From: Mobula hypostoma
Lineage: Eukaryota
Length of the DNA stretch: 64,000 nt
NCBI RefSeq assembly: GCF_963921235.1
Contig: NC_086108.1
Span: forward strand, 2,232,001-2,296,000
Direction: 5' to 3'
Part shown: positions 61,501-64,000 of the stretch, one piece after another
Layout of the letters: the number at the start of each line of letters is the position of its first letter
Numbering within the stretch: the stretch's first letter is position 1
Program-made: the position numbers and the translations under genes
The notes under the pieces: generated by a model
What the model was told of the DNA's origin: nothing
What the model saw: the letters and a program-made list of their open reading frames with translations, nothing else
The model's database searches: none

Positions 61501-62515
61501 CGTGTTGATCTGTGCTATCCTACTACTTCTAAAACTGCCCGCACATGGCACTGCTAGCAATCCTGGGATTGCTATCCTGGAGGTCCTGTCCTTTAACTTG
61601 GTGCCTAACTCCCTAAAATCACCTTTCAGGACCTGCTCACTCTTCCTAGCCACGTCATTGGTCCCTACATGGATCACAACATCCGGCTGTTCACCCTCCC
61701 TCTTGAGAATTCTGAGAACTCGGCCTGAGATATCGTGGACCCTGGCACCAGGGAGGCAACAGACCATCCGGAATTCTCGATCTCTCCCAGAGAACCTCTT
61801 ATCTGTCCCCCTAACTATCGAATCCCCTATCACTACTGCTCTCCTCTTTTCCCTCCTTCCCTTCTGAGCTGAGGGCCCCATCTCAGTGCCAGAGACGCAA
61901 CCACTGCAACTTATCCGTGGCAGGTCGTCCCCATCAACAGTATCCAAAACGATGTACTTATTAGTGGTGGGAATGGCCACAGGGGTGCTCTGCTCATTCT
62001 GTCTATTCCCATTCCCTCTCCTGACAGTGACCCAGCTACCTGTCTCCTGACTCTTAGGGGTGACTGTCTCCCTGTAACTCCTGTTTATTTCTGCCTCTGC
62101 CTCACGAATGATCTGAAGTTCATCCAGCTCCAGCACCAGTTCCCTAACTCAGTTTGTCAGGAGCTGCAGCTGGATGCACCTTTCACAGGTGTAATCATCA
62201 GGGACAATTGTGCTCACCCTGAACTCCCACATCCTACAAACGGAGCACTCAACTGTCCAAACTGCTATCTCCATTACCTACTGTTAAGGCAATTAGATTT
62301 ATTAAAGGAACTTAAACTGCCTTACCTCACTTGGAGTGAAGCTCTTCCTCAGCCTCTGCTCGCCAAACCCTCAGGAGCCAAAGCCTTCGTACTCTGTCTC
62401 CCTCTACACCGTCACCCGCTCCGTTAATCAGCTCACTATTAAATACTCCCAGTACCTCACGGTACACCTTACATGTGCTTGCGCAGTCGTGCCCCGCAAC
62501 TGCCGAAGAAAATGC
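55596..62515 (-). mobile_element. Full-length decayed CR1 LINE (ORF1 C4 zinc finger/coiled coil/SGNH esterase from ATG 62274; ORF2 APE-RT), interrupted by a Rex element
   Basis: [44 protein letters not shown] and YADD motifs. Confidence 0.9.
58341..61079 (-). mobile_element. Young Rex1/Babar LINE (part of APE plus complete RT, 834-aa ORF) nested in the CR1 endonuclease
   Basis: [17 protein letters not shown] and [10 protein letters not shown] motifs; catalytic DD altered to FSDN; TATGAC-type tail. Confidence 0.9.
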
Positions 62516-62519
62516 TCCT

Positions 62520-64000
62520 GAGCTGTTGTGCTGTTGTAAATTGTGGCGCATCTGTACAGATGGACATTATGGAGCTGTAGTGCTGTTCGAGATTCAGAAG
62601 CTGTGGAGTTGATGGAGATTGTGAAGCTGTGTTACTGATGGAGATTGTGAAGCTGTGTTACTGATGGAGATTGTGAAGCTGTGTTACTGATGGAGATTGT
62701 GAAGCTGTGGTGTTGACGGAGATTAGGTGATGTGGTGTTGATGAAGATTATGAAGCTGTGGTGTTGATGGAGATTGGGTGATGCGGTGTTGATGGAGATT
62801 GTGAATCTGTGGTGTTCATGGACTTTGTGAACCAGTGGTGTTGATGGAGACTGAGAAGCTGTGGTGTTGATGGAGATTGGAAGCTGTTGTGTTGTTGGCG
62901 ATTTTGACGCTGTAGTGTTGATGGAGATTGTGAAGCTGTGGTGTTCATGGAGTTTGTGAACCTGTGGTGTTGATGGAGATTGGAAGCTGTGGTGTTGATG
63001 GAGATTGGAAGCTGTGGTATAGATGGCGATTGTGACGCTGTAGTGTTGATGGAGATTGTGAAGCTGAGGTGTAGGTGGAGATCGGGTGTTGTTGTGTTGA
63101 TGGAGATTGGGTGACATGGTGTTGATGGAGATTGTGAAGCCGTGGTGTTGAAGGAGATTGTGAAGCTGTGGTGTTGATGGAGATTGTGAAGCTGTGGTGT
63201 TGATGGAGATTGTGAAGCTGTGGTGTTGAAGGAGATTGGGTGATGTGGTGTTGATGGAGATTGTGAAGCTGTGGTGTTGATGGAGATTGGGTGATGTTGT
63301 GTTGATGGAGAGAGTGTGATGTGGTGTTCATGGAGCTTGGGTGATGTGGTGTTGATGGAGATTGGGTGTTGCGGTGCTGATGCAGATTGTGAAGTTGTGG
63401 TGTTGATGGAGATTGTGAAGCTGTGGTGTTGACGGAGATTAGGTGATGTGGTGTTGATGAAGATTATGAAGCTGTGGTGTTGATGGAGATTGGGTGATGC
63501 GGTGTTGATGGAGATTGTAAACCTGTGGTGTTGATGGAGATTGGAAGCTGTGGTGTTGATGGAGATTGGAAGCTGTGGTGTTGATGGAGATTGGAAGCTG
63601 TGGTGTTGATGGCGATTGTGACGCTGTGGTGTTGATGGAGATTGTGAAGCTGAGGTGTAGGTGGAGATCGGGTGTTGTTGTGTTGATGGAGATTGGGTGA
63701 CATGGTGTTGATGGAGATTGTGAAGCCGTGGTGTTGAAGGAGATTGTGAAGCTGTGGTGTTGATGGAGATTGGGTGATGTGGTGTTGATGGAGATTGTGA
63801 AGCTGTGGTGTTGATGGAGATTGTGAAGCTGTGGTGTTGATGGAGATTGGGTGATGTGGTGTTGATGGAGATTGTGAAGCTGTGGTGTTGATGGAGATTG
63901 GGTGATGTTGTGTTGATGGAGAGAGTGTGATGTGGTGCTCATGGAGCTTGGGTGATGTGGTGTTGATGGAGATTGGGTGTTGCGGTGCTGATGCAGATTG
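62520..64000. repeat. 26-bp minisatellite with ~0.6-0.7 kb higher-order periodicity; runs off the window
   Basis: Unit GTGGTGTTGATGGAGATTGTGAAGCT; variant landmarks recur at offsets 716, 586 and 612. Confidence 0.92.

Noticed and set aside
61333..62136. Host SGNH/GDSL esterase gene
   Set aside because: It is CR1 ORF1, directly upstream of APE-RT, with a premature stop after the zinc finger
62275..62330. Small intron in the CR1 5' UTR (GAG|GTAAG ... TAG before the ORF1 ATG)
   Set aside because: Only ~45 nt long and unsupported without transcript data

Overview
Eukaryotic (vertebrate) genomic DNA. The repeat content (CR1 with esterase ORF1, Rex1/Babar, Neptune-type Penelope, tRNA-derived SINEs) suggests a cartilaginous fish, possibly a ray; this is an inference. 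One host gene is present on the minus strand: a divergent proteasome alpha-1 subunit paralogue (PSMA6-like, probably psma6l). Coding exons 1-6 are mapped by hand with GT-AG splice sites; the last exon was not found and presumably lies left of the window. A strong ISRE/IRF element sits 34-45 bp upstream of its ATG, suggesting an interferon-inducible alpha subunit. Most of the remaining sequence is nested mobile elements: CR1 and Rex1/Babar LINEs, a Tc1 transposon, a solo LTR, and a head-to-head Penelope composite carrying minimal hammerhead ribozyme motifs. Five minisatellites each trace to an internal segment of the element they sit in, one of them within a ~3 kb higher-order tandem unit. No prokaryotic features or CRISPR arrays were found. 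Mobile-element boundaries are approximate unless a junction or TSD is quoted.
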